Shown piece by piece: positions 38,301-51,100 of a stretch of DNA of 64,000 bases. The notes under the pieces are model-generated. The model made no database searches and had not been told where the DNA came from. It saw only the letters and a list, made by a program, of their open reading frames with translations. Made by a program: the position numbers and the translations under genes. Each line of letters begins with the position of its first letter. Within the stretch, counting starts at the first letter, position 1. Source of the DNA: Dicyema japonicum (Eukaryota; Animalia; Dicyemida); NCBI GenBank assembly GCA_011109175.1, contig RDEW01000063.1:162965-226964 (forward strand). The letters run 5' to 3'.

Positions 38301-39699
38301 GTTATTATAACTATGCAATATGCAATTAAAAAAATTAAACAATTATAAAAATAAGATTAAATTTAATATTAATATAGCACGTTTTTTAAAAATTGTTTGT
38401 GGTGTCTGTCCCGTCAGAGAGAAAATGTCTTTTAAATCAAGAAATTAAGAGACAATATCCATTTGGAATCGATAGTACCGCTGAATGCATGCTGCGCTAA
38501 TCGCGATTCTCAATGTCTCATGGAGATCGCTCTGATATAAAGCTCATGCATCATCAAATAGGCATAAAATATGCATCGGCAGAAAAAATTAATAAAGCAG
38601 TTGGATTTGAAGAATAAATTTTGACGATCTATTTAATGAATTTGTAAATGTCAAATCGATTTGCTCAAAAAAACTAAGGAATGGAAAAATAATCAGGATA
38701 ATGCGAATTAAATTGGATCCATGTTTGTAAATATTTTAATGAGAAGAGTATTCAAATTACTAATTTTATTAAAATTATGAATATGTTTTTTTGCTTACCC
38801 GCACTGCTGCTCCTGTAGAAAGAATAATTCCACTTGGACAAAAGAAAAGGTCGAATGAAAGAAGAAACCACAATGACTACAAAAAGAGTTTATAATTGGG
38901 AAGAAGGACATACAATCTGAGACTGAGCGACTTATGGCTAATGAAGAGACTAGAAGTATGTGATGGAAGGGCTCCACAAAGCCATTTAATTTAATTTTTT
39001 TATTAATATGGATTTGAATTCTAAATGAAATTTTATTTATTTAACTTTATTTTTGTACTAAATTTATTTTAATTCAAATAAAAACAGTTAATAATTCTTC
39101 TAGAACCGGACTGTTGTGGTTAGTTCTGTTGTGATTCGCTGTTTGTTTATTCCACATTGCTTTCAACCTGGTCTGATCGACTTGGTAGTCAGATTTCATT
39201 CCGTTCTGACGATTTTCGTGAACTTCGGCTATTCGAGCTGGTTGGCTCGCTATTGTGAGAGAATAGCCATGCAGTGGGCTTCTCAATTAATTATACTAGA
39301 TTGTTTATAATAATGATTTTTTCGGTTTAAATTTTAGCTTTTCCATTTTTCATTAAAATTTTTATTTTTTTTAAATTTCTATTTAAAAATACATATTGTA
39401 TTGGATGCTAGGTAGAAATCAAGTCTGCAATATTTTTCGTTTAATAATTTTTAATTTTTTTTAATCTTAGCACGCAAAATCATAATGGTTATAATTTCAC
39501 TTGTGCAGCATTCAAAACAATCCTCCGAACCAACTTCTTCCAACCTCCTCAATCGTAAGATACTTTTTTCAGCTCGTTCACAGTTCTTAGCCAATTGTTT
39601 ACGATCGGATTAAAAATTCATAAATATTTGAATAACGTGAACATAAATTATTTTAGCATGTAAGTTTATTATTATTAAAACCAAAAATCACCCACAAAT

Positions 39700-40215
39700 T
39701 AAATAACTACATATTCCGGCCCCCTCGAATATCCATCTCATTATTGCTTGGTGTTCCTCCTGGGTTCCAACGCATTTCCGGATTGGGCAGGGGTCTCTGA
39801 CTTTTTGGGAGGTAGTAAGGCTCAGGTTTTCCTCACTAATTCCTCAAATGGTATATAGTTTAGAGGTGTCTGGGAAAGCCTTTGCAGAGCCTTACAGGCC
39901 ATTTTTGGAATGTATTGATTTTTTCCATATTCGCGTTAGATAGATTGGTTCCCCATGCAGCACACTTGTAAGTTAGAGACAGTCGAGTCCATATTTGAGT
40001 TGAAACAACCCTTATATTGTCCAAGAAGTGTTTTAACAAAATTTAGTTTTTGTTGTTCCGAGATGACGTTGTCGATGTGTTTGCTGAAGTCAAGAGTGGG
40101 TCGTATGTTACGCCCAGTATCTTGACCAAGTTGGTCGGAGGATCGAGTTCCATTTCTGGTTACACATGGAGCGGAGTTTGTAATCTTGTTTGTCGTGAAA
40201 ATTGTTGTATAAGAC
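39700..40215 (-). mobile_element. Vingi-like RT C-terminal fragment
   Basis: KILGVTYDPLLTSA and FSKHIDNVI, homologous to 11500-11700. Confidence 0.5.
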
Positions 40216-41239
40216 TTTTCGGGACTTGTATGTAGAATGTTGAAAAATATAAACAAAAAGTTTATTTAAATAAATAAATAAAATATAAAAAATGGAAACT
40301 TAGTGGATTTGTCGCATAGTTGAATCTTTATCTTCTCTTCACATTTTAATGTCTTAATATTGATCAGTCAATTTTAGCAACATCTAAGTCTCTATTACTA
40401 AGGTCACGTGGGCGATCAAGCATTTTTTTCGACCCAATAATTGTCATCGAAATCTTGAATCAAAAAATCTACTGGCATTCTTCTGGTTTTCATAGTCTCC
40501 ACTTCAATTTCCTCTCTCACTCCCGTATGACAGCCATATCTTAGAAACAGGAGGAGTGCGAATTAATGGACCTTTGTCCGCACTCTCCCCACTTAAGGAG
40601 TTCTCTGGCTACCTTGGTTTAATCAAAATTTCTTCAGCGGACGGTAAGTCTGCTGCCTCATTGGTGGTGGCCATGTAAAGTTGTTCCCATATTGGAAATT
40701 ATAGTCATAGCATATTATAATTTCGTCATTTCGGTAGTTTTGGATAACTTCCTTGTACTGCTTAAGGTCAGAGACAGCCGCACGGTCAAAAATGTCTTTT
40801 ATAATTTTTTTTTCTTTATTTTCACCATGAAATCGTCCGAATATATCTACGACAATTTTTGGGCTGAAAATTTCCAAAATATACACATTCTACCATAAAC
40901 GGATGAGTAATAAAAATATCAAAATTATACTCCTATTATGGATGTCATCACCTTTAATTTTGTTAATCCCGGACACATCGAGAAAGAAATAGCTATCTAA
41001 AAATGTACGTCCAGTTCTTACGGTCAACAAAACCAAAGCCCATCCAGATATAACAAATTGCTTAAATTCATACATATAAACGTACAACAGGTAATATTCC
41101 TGAAAACCATAGTGAAGAATTATCATTTCTGGTGCTATCCTGTTACCGGGCGTTTCCCAAGCGTTATACGACTTGATGGAAATGCCGTCAAGGGAACTTC
41201 TCTCTGATGGTTGTTAACTTGGTTTTTTTTTGACTTTTA

Positions 41240-43330
41240 TTTAAAACTTTATTAGCAAGGAAAAATTAAAGAGAGAGTTATTTGGCTTCAGACGCAAGTC
41301 CCGCAAACGCTTGGACTCTTCTCTGCGTTCTCAGACCTTTTTATCGTTTATTCTGTGCTGCAACATACGGCATCTCTTTTCAGGAAGTTTTCCATCATTT
41401 TTTCTGCTGCATCTATTATCGACATTACTAGCAAATTTTCATTTTTATCTAGCTTCTCGTCGATCCTTTTGTGTAAGGCAATCTTGATCCCTGCTCTCCT
41501 CGATTTTTCAAGAAGCAGGATAAAACGTTTTTTGTATGCAGTGTAATACCATCCTTCCAGTCCATAAAGGAGTGATGGAATGATCGTACATGTAAAAATA
41601 AATAAAACATATCCGATTCGAGTCTCAATTTCCTCATACACAATAACGCATGGTGGGCTTTCTTCTTTTTGAGTTTAAAATCGCACAATGTGCTCCCAGA
41701 TTTCTCAAAAGCTCTTCCGAGATACTTCAGGGAGCTCACAATGTTGATTCCGCAAATGGAGTCTTTCTGATTTACTTTACCATTCCGACCGAGGATCATT
41801 ATTTCACTAGATTTTTCTTCTGACAGTTCTTTTATCTCTTCCATGTACATATTGAGTCTCCTCTCTGCAATCGTGCTCGATCTCGACATATCAGACAGTA
41901 GCACGACGTCTGCCTATATCAGAGATCTCGTACTCGGTGTAGACGAAGACGGGAAACCGACAATTAGAACATTCAACAATATAGGGCTCAAAATTGATCC
42001 TTGTGGGACTCCTCTCTTCAATAATATCATATTTGAAAAATAGCGTCATCTAACATAGGATTTTCTTCCTTTTAGGTATACTTTCACCCAATTCACTAGT
42101 TCCTTTAAGCTCCTTGTCCGAGATAACTGATCGATTATGGCTCTGTGGTTAACACTGTCAAATGCTTTTGATATGTCGAGACATATGACATTCAAGAGAC
42201 ATTAGGATTCTCTGGCTTTGCATAACTCGGAGTTGAGATGAAATAAGCAATCACCGCATGACCGTCCTGGGCGAAAACCAAATTGATCATTTCTGAAGTA
42301 ATCTTCTTTTTCCAGCTGAGTTGTAAGCCTCCAGAAGATAATTTTTTCCATGACTTTTGAGATCGACCTAATCAGGCTGATCGGACAGTAGCTATCAGGA
42401 TCATTTTTCGGTCTTCCTGTCTTCGCCACTATCCGTACAATGGTCTTCTTCCATTCTTGCGGAACATAGCCAATTTTTATGTATGCGTTGAACACATCTT
42501 TTAGGACTTCGAATAAAATTTCCGGGCCTTCTTTGAACATTCTAGCTTTGATGAAATCACTGCCCGGAGCTTTATTCTTTACAGCTCTTGTTGCTATCTT
42601 CAGCTCTTCTAGAGAGATCTCTATAAATGCTGTTTTCTCTGACAATGGTTTGTAACAAGTCTTCTTTGCTATGACATCATTGTCCACATCAAATATCTTT
42701 TTATGCTGTGTCTCAAAAAACTAGAGATATTTCTTTTTCAGCATAGTATGTGCCATCCGGTTTCTTGAGCACAATCTTGTTTGCGATTGACTCTGGGTTC
42801 CTCACTCTTCGGTATAACTTCCAGACATAAGGATTCTGTTTGTTTAGCTTCCGTAGTTGAGAGTTCCACTTATTCTCATTCCAACTTTTGAATTTTTCCG
42901 ACAACTGCTTTTGTAGTTCGCCAATTCTCTGAAACAAGGCTAAGCGGTCCTGTAGGTCTACGCATCTCCTCAGTTTAGTTCTTAGATTATTTCTTTTCAA
43001 CACAATTTTCTTGATGTGCCATGGACTAGGGACAGCATTATCGTTTCTTGAGTATATTTTTCTAGCAAAAAGACTCCAGGTTCATTAATAATTTTCAAAT
43101 CCACGGATATTAGCAATGGAATGTAGTCACTGCCAATATCCGGAAAAGTAATTGGTACGTCGGCGTATTCTGAAATAGTAGGGGAAATCAAGAAGACACC
43201 AAGCTTGTCACCCCCGTAGGGAGAAAAATGGTTATCCTCTTTCGGTGTAAGGACTTTTACTCTTAGGCTTTTTTGGATATAATTTAGAATTATATATGTC
43301 TCCACCAGAGATGGTGAACCAGATGAAATA
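41240..43330 (-). mobile_element. I/Jockey-group-like LINE ORF2 (APE end plus RT), frameshifted
   Basis: GSDY.P, KAPGSD, YCPISL, QFGFR, LDISKAFD, GVPQGSILSP, ADVVLL, KYLG; partial copies at 49150-49460, 51710-52500, 58420-58880. Confidence 0.8.
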
Positions 43331-43334
43331 CGAT

Positions 43335-43800
43335 AACAATTCAAGCTCCCTCAACTAAAAAAAGAGGGAACAGAAGAAACAAACAAAAAGACTCACTAAT
43401 GACATTCTCACAACACATTGAAGAATTCTTGATAAAAGGGCTCGGAATTGAATGTATTGGAAGTAATTATAAAGAAAAGTTCCTTCCCTCCTATTGACTG
43501 CATATCCAGACCATACAAAAAAATTTAATATGCATGTCCATCATGGAAGTTTGCGATATACTCATCCAAACGCAACAAACTAAATACAATAAGACAGAGC
43601 TACATGTTAGCATCCCACTTTATATGAGAACATGGAGAATTAATATAAAAGAGTTTTATGGAAATTATTCTGAACTGAAAGTTAAAATGGAACCCAACTT
43701 ACGTTGATTTATATTGACAAAATTGTGATAGAGAGTATGTTCATGAGATATTACACAGACCAACCTCCATCGATAAAGATTCTTCATTTATTTAAATAAT
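43335..43800 (+). mobile_element. Old RLE-LINE-like 3' fragment upstream of the ZER1-like genes (also 52555-53020)
   Basis: PD...EV...TKY...IPLYMRTW resembles 3345-3715; ends in AT-rich tail. Confidence 0.35.
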
Positions 43801-43986
43801 TTATATATAATATAGATCCTAAGAAATTTGGTCGCAGAAAGAAGAAGATTTGAAAGCCATGTTGAACCGATTACCAGGTATAAGATCCTTAAATCGAAAA
43901 GATTATTTATTCATTATAAATAATATAATACAAATTTATAAATTCAAATAAAAAATTAAATTAAATTTATATTAAGGTCATCAATT

Positions 43987-46305
43987 ATGGAAGCACCTTC
44001 ATTATATGCATTATGCATCAATAATATTCGAACGAACGTTAAAGAACAAAAATATATAAAATTAAGCGATAAATCCAAGAAAATGATTTCCAAAAGAACT
44101 CTTAACGAATTGAAATATTTGATTCCTTACTCTAAGAGAGATCTACTTTTTAAAGATTCATTTTTAAATAAAATTTCAGATGTAGTGCAGAAAGACATTT
44201 TTTGCATTCAGTTGACTAATCAGAATGTTGACATTAAGAAGGTTGTTAACATGATTCAAGTTTATCCAAATTTATCAAATATTACAATAAGAAGGATTGT
44301 TTCATCAGAAAAGAATCCTGAACTACCGTATTTATCAAATAACGTTAAATCATTCACACTCTGTAAGTACGATGACCCAGATTTGCTAAATCAGTTATTT
44401 ATGACTGGATTTAGAAAAATAAAGTATCTCTCCCTCGTTGGACTCGGTGATAAAACCAAAATTAACAGTACATTGAAAATAATAGAAAAACTGGAACGCA
44501 TAAATTTTCACGATGTTTTTATTTCCAATTTTGATAATTTTATTTCAACCCTAAACAGTCCAGAGTCTCTGAGGTAGATTCTCTCTCAATTTTAGACATT
44601 TTATACATACAAGTTATTTTCGCTGCAATGGATGTGACAGTAATTTCTATTCTTTTTTCAAAAAAGCCAAGAACCTTACTTACGTAAATTTATCTGGATG
44701 TTTTATTAAAAAAAGAAAACTAAAAAAGTTAACAAAGTTATTGATTTTAATAATCTTAGCAAAATTAAAAAAATGGGATTTAAAAAATTTCAAGATGGGA
44801 AAATTTTACATTTCAGTAAAAATATAACCGATTCTGTATTTATATTAAAGAATATAGAATGATTCGGAATCAACTTTAAATAACCTAGTCAGATCTGCTC
44901 TACGTTTGAATAACATTAAACTACTGGCGGGTGTTTTTGAGTCGATTGTTAGTTTTAAATTTAAAATTGAAAATAAATTATTAAAACCATTTTTGAGAGT
45001 ATTTTAAAATATAAATTTAGCTTCTCCGTCGCTTTTTATATGATTGTAAATATCGTATGCTTTTTCAATTCTGTAATTTAATATTTTAATTTCAGGGAAA
45101 TTCTAAACAGCATAATCATAAATCAACCAATTTCAAATGCTAATGCTTGGTATAAGTAGATTTCATCCATAGCTTTATTTTTGATACTTTTCTTGACATT
45201 ATTACGTATGAAGATATGTGTGATTTAATGGAGCTTTTCATTGTGAGTTTTTGGCTGATTTTAAACCGTGGGAGATATCTATTTTTGTTAGTTAATTCTT
45301 ATTTTTAGCTTCCTGCACTTTCAATTGTGTTAATAAAACTTTATTACTGGAATAATGATTTTTGTCGTCATCCTCGTTATATTGTAAAAAAATTGAGTAT
45401 AGATCTTCTTGCCTATCTTGGCTATTCTGAAGGACTTGTCAAAGTTCAAAAAACAATAAATTTTTAGTCATGCGTTGAACAGTTTAAAAAAGATGACAAA
45501 AATAATATACTCCGTTTTAGTTTGTTGACGTGTCTTCTAGGTATTTAAAAATATTTTTGTAGACGAAAATGAAAAAATGTGAATTTGTTTCTCCATTATA
45601 GTGGAATTTATTATATTTATTATTTTTTCGACAGATTTTCTGTGTCTACCATGAAGACAATTATATATTAATTCTTTTATTTAAAATTGTGGAAAATATG
45701 GCTAAATCCTCAAACACCAGATATTTAATAATGACGCATCGTCTACTAGATCTTATATTGTAATATTTTTGTTTATTGAAAAGGGAAATTGAATACTCAA
45801 ACCGTTACACTGATGTCACCTATTTTTTATATAGATGTATCTGCCAGATATTATGTGATCCAAATGATATTTTTCCTACTTTTTTGAATTCTGATTTTAG
45901 CGATTTGAATCCACGTGAACACATTCTAGAAAAAATTGTTCAGTTTATAAAAAAGCTTAATTATCCAATCACCAGTAAAATCAGAGATACGATAATTTCT
46001 GTTGATTTAGATATGAGGTATTTCCTAGGTATTTCCTAAGGTCAATGGAATCAACGATAAATTTATTAAATGTGAACACAGATGAACGAATTTGGCTTTG
46101 GGCTGTGTGGGAATGTGCCAATCTAACATCATTGTATCATAATTCCTTAATTATGGACATGTTTGTTTCTCATAACATTATTATGAAAATTGAGACTGTA
46201 TGTTTACTATCCAATATGAAAGAGATCCATGACTATGCTGAGTTTTTTAAAAGAATATACAATGTTGTTATTTTTATAATTTAGAATTACATCAACCATC
46301 ATTAA
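43987..46305 (+). CDS. ZYG-11/ZER1-like CRL2 substrate receptor (VHL/BC box, LRR-like, ARM-like), 12 tiny introns; about 3 apparent indels
   Basis: N-terminal PSLYALC box; NLTYVNLSGC LRR; C-terminal MRSMESTINLL...LWAVWECANL resembles ZER1 YRSFEPILRLL...HWATWALYNL. Introns 44574-595, 44737-759, 44836-857, 44999-45020, 45073-095, 45150-172, 45287-308, 45444-467, 45541-562, 45760-783, 46018-040, 46264-284. Confidence 0.75.
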
Positions 46306-46749
46306 AGTTAACATATTTGATAATTTCCATTAACTATTTTACTAATTGTTGTTGTGGTTTATTAATTAGTATGGTAGATTCATAAATTATAGATATTGGA
46401 TCAATAAGAATCTACAGATATATATTTTCTTATTTTAAATTTATCACATAGTTAACGATTAGCAAGAAAGATTTCATTTTGAGACTGGATTTGGTCAAAT
46501 ATTGAGAAAGGTGAGTCACATTACGTCACCTTACTTAGGCCACAAAAGCACGTATTTAGTGTATAACCAGAAGCTCATGTTGAACTCCCGCAACCACTGG
46601 TTATACGGATTATGGGTCAATGATTCGTTAAAGAGTATTTTGTTCCAAAAGTCTTTCTTCCTCTAACTTTAAGTACTTTTCTTGGCTATCTTCGATCTTT
46701 ATGTTATTTATTTAGCAAAGTATGGATGCTTGAATCGAATGCGTAAGAG

Positions 46750-47131
46750 TTTATTATTTATTTGATTAACCCATGATAACAGGGTAAAATTAAAAAAATT
46801 AAGCACTACCGCGTTGCCATAAGCACGTAAAATACCTAGGGTTTCGCTTGTGCAGAACACATACTTTATTTAAGTAAAAAACAGTTATTATAACTAATCG
46901 TAGAGGGAGAACCAAGGAATGCTCTTCACTTCTTTGTTTTTTTTTTCTTTTCTTGTGTTTATGTCCTTTTGACTACCCAGTTCCGCAATGAATCTTCACT
47001 GATGACTCGTCAAGCCCTTTCCGCATCGTATATGGTGGAACCTTCCACCAGGTGAACAGCAGCGAGAATCGAACCCGTGACCTAAGCCACTTTAGCCCGT
47101 CACCTAACCACTATGCCACCTGGCTAACTGG
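46750..47131 (-). mobile_element. tRNA-derived SINE, apparently full length
   Basis: A box tggcatagtgg, B box ggttcgattct, conserved body, A-rich tail. Confidence 0.75.
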
Positions 47132-47149
47132 TTAAATAAAAAGGAAAAA

Positions 47150-48110
47150 GTTTCCAACTATGTCGTACGTTGGACGATTCATTTCCTGCACATCTGTTTT
47201 CACTTACGGCCTGCAAACCTTTGGTCAAAGGATTCTAGACTCCCTACCCGAATTCTCAATTGACCAAGACATAATCCACGCACGAGAAGCCTGGAATGCC
47301 ACCAATTTCCCCATGTCTCCTTCACAAGACTGCCAGCGAAACCTGGACAATTTATTATGTTGGAATTCATTTGGAATCCTACTGGAATCAGTCAATCAGC
47401 ACCGACGTGCTTGTTTGCTTTCGGGGGCTTTCCCTGAGAGCGGATCTTGGCTAAACGCCATCCCCAATGGAGTTATAGGAACCTTTACTGGATGATGAAT
47501 GCGTTAGAAGTGCTATCTCTCTGCGGCTGGGACTAAAAGTATATTTACCTCACCCGTGCTGATGTGGTATTCTGATAGACTGCTATGGCCTGCATTCTCT
47601 TGCCTGCAAGATGTGCGATGGTAGATCCCCAAGGCACAAGGCTCTGAATGAGATTGTCAAGAAAGCTTTGGATGTCGCTGGATACTCGGCCATTTTTGAA
47701 CCGGTCGGGTTATGCAGAAATGACGGGAAACGACCGGACGGACCATATTTCCCTTTGAAACCGGGAAACCACTTGTTTGGGGCGAGACATGTACAGACAC
47801 GTTCTCCCCGAACAATCTTCACGAGTGCGATTCAAGGTCCTGCTTTTCAGCCGTCAAGACGGAAAAGGCCAATCTTGAAAAATACGTAGACCTTCCCGAT
47901 AATGTCAAATTTGTTCTTTTTGCTATGGAGAATTCCGGATCCTACTCCTCCTCTACACTCGAGTTTTTCGGACGTCTTGGAAACTGGATCACCTAATGCA
48001 CTGGAGATCTCCGTGAACACCGCTGGCTAATTGAGCGAATTTTGCTCGCAAGGAACAGCCGCGCAGTTAAGGCGGAAACTAACTAACTTATGTTTTGACC
48101 AAAATAAAAA
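47150..48110 (+). mobile_element. CRE-like LINE 3' portion
   Basis: SGSWLNAIP, GRSPRH.ALNEI, EPVGLCRNDGKRPDG, WLIERI. Confidence 0.8.
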
Positions 48111-51100
48111 ACTTCAGATAAAAAAAGTAATTCAGACTGTTAATGGAGTTGTCGAGTCTAGTGGAGACAGTAATCAAATGTAGCCTGCCTCATTGGACAA
48201 GGTTTTAGCTCCTAATTTTATCTTGAGAATATTTCATCCAGTGTTCTCTGGGATTTGGCTGCCCTTAAGGATCTTCTCTGTTCCTCAGTGACTTGTCCTT
48301 AATGGAGACAGAGGCTGTCTCCGTTCCTGCCACTCTTGGATGGCTGACAGTTTCATGAGATGGACATCGTCCAGAAGCTTATAGTACCATTGGCATGATA
48401 AATTATCGGAAGATAGGATTTAATGATTCCGTTTTTATTTCAAGACATCAAGCGACGATTTTAAACACCTTTTATTAATCGCAGCTAATATAGTTTTTGA
48501 TGTGTTAGCAAAGAGTCCCTGATCAAAGTTGACCTCCAGAATATTCGGTTTTTAGTCTAACTATTAATAAAAAAGGGACAACTTGAACTATGCCACGTGG
48601 CGCCAAAGTTAATGTGATGTAATGTGGTTTCTTGAATTGAAGCTTTTTATTTGTTTCTTCTGTTCCACCTATTCACTTTTGGATAGGGAGCTTAAATTGT
48701 TAGCGTATGTATGTTGTCCACCATCTCTGTGGAGACAGATATAATCCTAAATTAAATCCAAAAAGGACTACGAGTCAACAACCGTCCAGAGGAGTTTTCC
48801 CTGTAGGCTTTTCCATGAAGTTGGATCATGCAAAGACTTCTGTGAAAGGCTGGGATTACCTGAATTTTTTCATACTTGTTTTGTTGGGGGTCTTCTAATT
48901 CAATAAATTTAAATTTAAGGATTCTTGGCTCGATTCAGAGCTGTCTTATGTACGTGGTAACCAATGTGACAGAATTTTATTTCTGATGTTGAGCCTCTTC
49001 TTGGAGAGCCACAGTTTCTGCTTTTCGAGCATTTTTTTGACGGACTGAGTAGCTGATTGAATGTTTTTTCTCTTCCTGGAAAGAATAATGTTGTTGTCGC
49101 AGGAGACGACGAGATAATTCTCATTGCTGGTTTGAGGCATTTCGTTTATGCAGAGGTTGGATTGTTGAACCTTTGTGTAGGGCAATCGTGATCCCTGCTC
49201 TCCTCGATTTTTCGAGAAGCAAGATAAAACGTTTTTTGTATGCAGTGTAATACCATTCTTCCAGTCCATAAAGGAGTAATGGAATGATCGTACGTGAAAA
49301 AATAAATGAAAACATATCCGTTTCGAGTCTCAATTTCCTCATACACAAGATCGGATAATGGGTTTTTATCCTTTTGAGTTTAAAATCGCACAACGTGCTC
49401 CCAGATTTTGCAAAAGCTGTTCCGAGATACTTCAGGGAGCTCACGATGTTGATTCAACAGTCGCTTTGAACCTTATCAGCGACTAATTTATAGTGGATCA
49501 TCTCGGCTTTTCTAGAATTTTCTCGACTCGTAGGGATAGCAGAACAATTCTTCAAGACAGAGAAAAGTATTCCACCGAATCTTGAGCTTTCACTAGGCAG
49601 CATCACATTACTTCAGAATCCTCACATCGAATGCATTTCTGATTTTACCTCTTCTCCATTTGGTGAATTGAAAAATTCGACCGTTCTTTCCTGGGACATA
49701 TCTGCGTCTGTGATCAAACCTCCGGAAATTATGTCCAAGGAGTATATAATTCACAAGGTTGTGGAAAATAATTGTATTTCCACGTGGACAATCCACCACT
49801 AAGGTTTTTCCACCACTATGACGTAAGATCTCCTGTCTCGGTGCATGATGTTTTCGTAGGACAGAAAATTCTTTTATCCAGCTTTAAACTTCCATCCTAG
49901 GCAACTCCTAGAAAAAGCAATAAATTTGTTTCTGTATAGTCAAGATCTCTCTAATTAAGGCGTTGGATCCATAATGTCTACACCAGGCTGTCAAAAACGC
50001 GGGCACAAAGGATTATTTTACAGTCGACGACATTGAGGCGGACTTCGTCATTATAATGAAACCACCAGAGGAAAGCAGTGGATTTCTGTCAGTGCCGTCA
50101 AATTGATAGGCCGCGGTTATGAGCGTTCTACGTGGTCAGACATTCTCAGCTTAAACTTTACATTCCCAGAGAAACGATGCTGTCATAAAAAGTGCTTGCA
50201 TCCAAGTATTTAGCGGAGCACCTTGCACGTAGCTTCCGTCGATTAGATGATACTCAAATTGTCTCATTTATTGGCGATAATGTTAACAAATTTTAAAACA
50301 ATACTAAATTTTATCTTGGTGCCGGTTATTATGTTGTCTTTATAAAGCACTGCGCAAACTGAACCATTTAGAATGACATCTGCTAAGAAGAGCACCTGGC
50401 TTTTGGGATACCTTCCTGAAAAGATTATAAATTTCAGAAAGTTTTCAACAAGGATTATCGCAGTGTTCGGTTTCGCCTATAGTTGTTTTCTTCCACAAAA
50501 TAATCTTATGCGGCCCCTGGAGCTATTTGAGTTTGACATGAATGGTCTGCACAACGTCCAATCTTAAAGTGGCCCCTATTTTTTCCCCGATCTCCCTTCT
50601 GATATAATACGGAATCATCGCTGTCTTTTCCAACCGCATTCCGATAGTTCATAAAAGGCTGTAACACGGAAACACGGACATTTATTGGTAATCGCGGGTA
50701 TTGACTTTTATCACTCAGTCATATAATCTAGATAACATCATCAGTTCTCCCAATCTCCATATTAATATTTTACTGTTGGTGGATATGGGTGCTCCCAGTA
50801 TACTGTAAAACAGTTGAGTATTCCGTTATAAATGAAGGGGAGACAAGGAAAACTATAAGTTTATCTCCGCCAGATGGAGAATGATGATTAACCTTCTTAG
50901 AAGTTTGCACTTCAAATCTCACAGTCGATAGAATTTTTAAATAACGTTGATCTATCCCCCATCCGTCTACAGAGTGAAGTTTAAAATTTCTTTTTGACTC
51001 CTCCGTTTTCTGGTATTTTCCATAGATGAACTTCACATTTTGAGAGTTTTGTAGAGTCTCGTAGGTCCACTGCATCATTTCACTTTTGTGCAGAACAATA

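Noticed and set aside
44575-44577. Stop-codon reassignment explaining the fragmented ORFs
   Set aside because: Stops fall inside GT-AG mini-introns or decayed elements; the intact ZFAND ORF reads normally and ends in TAA
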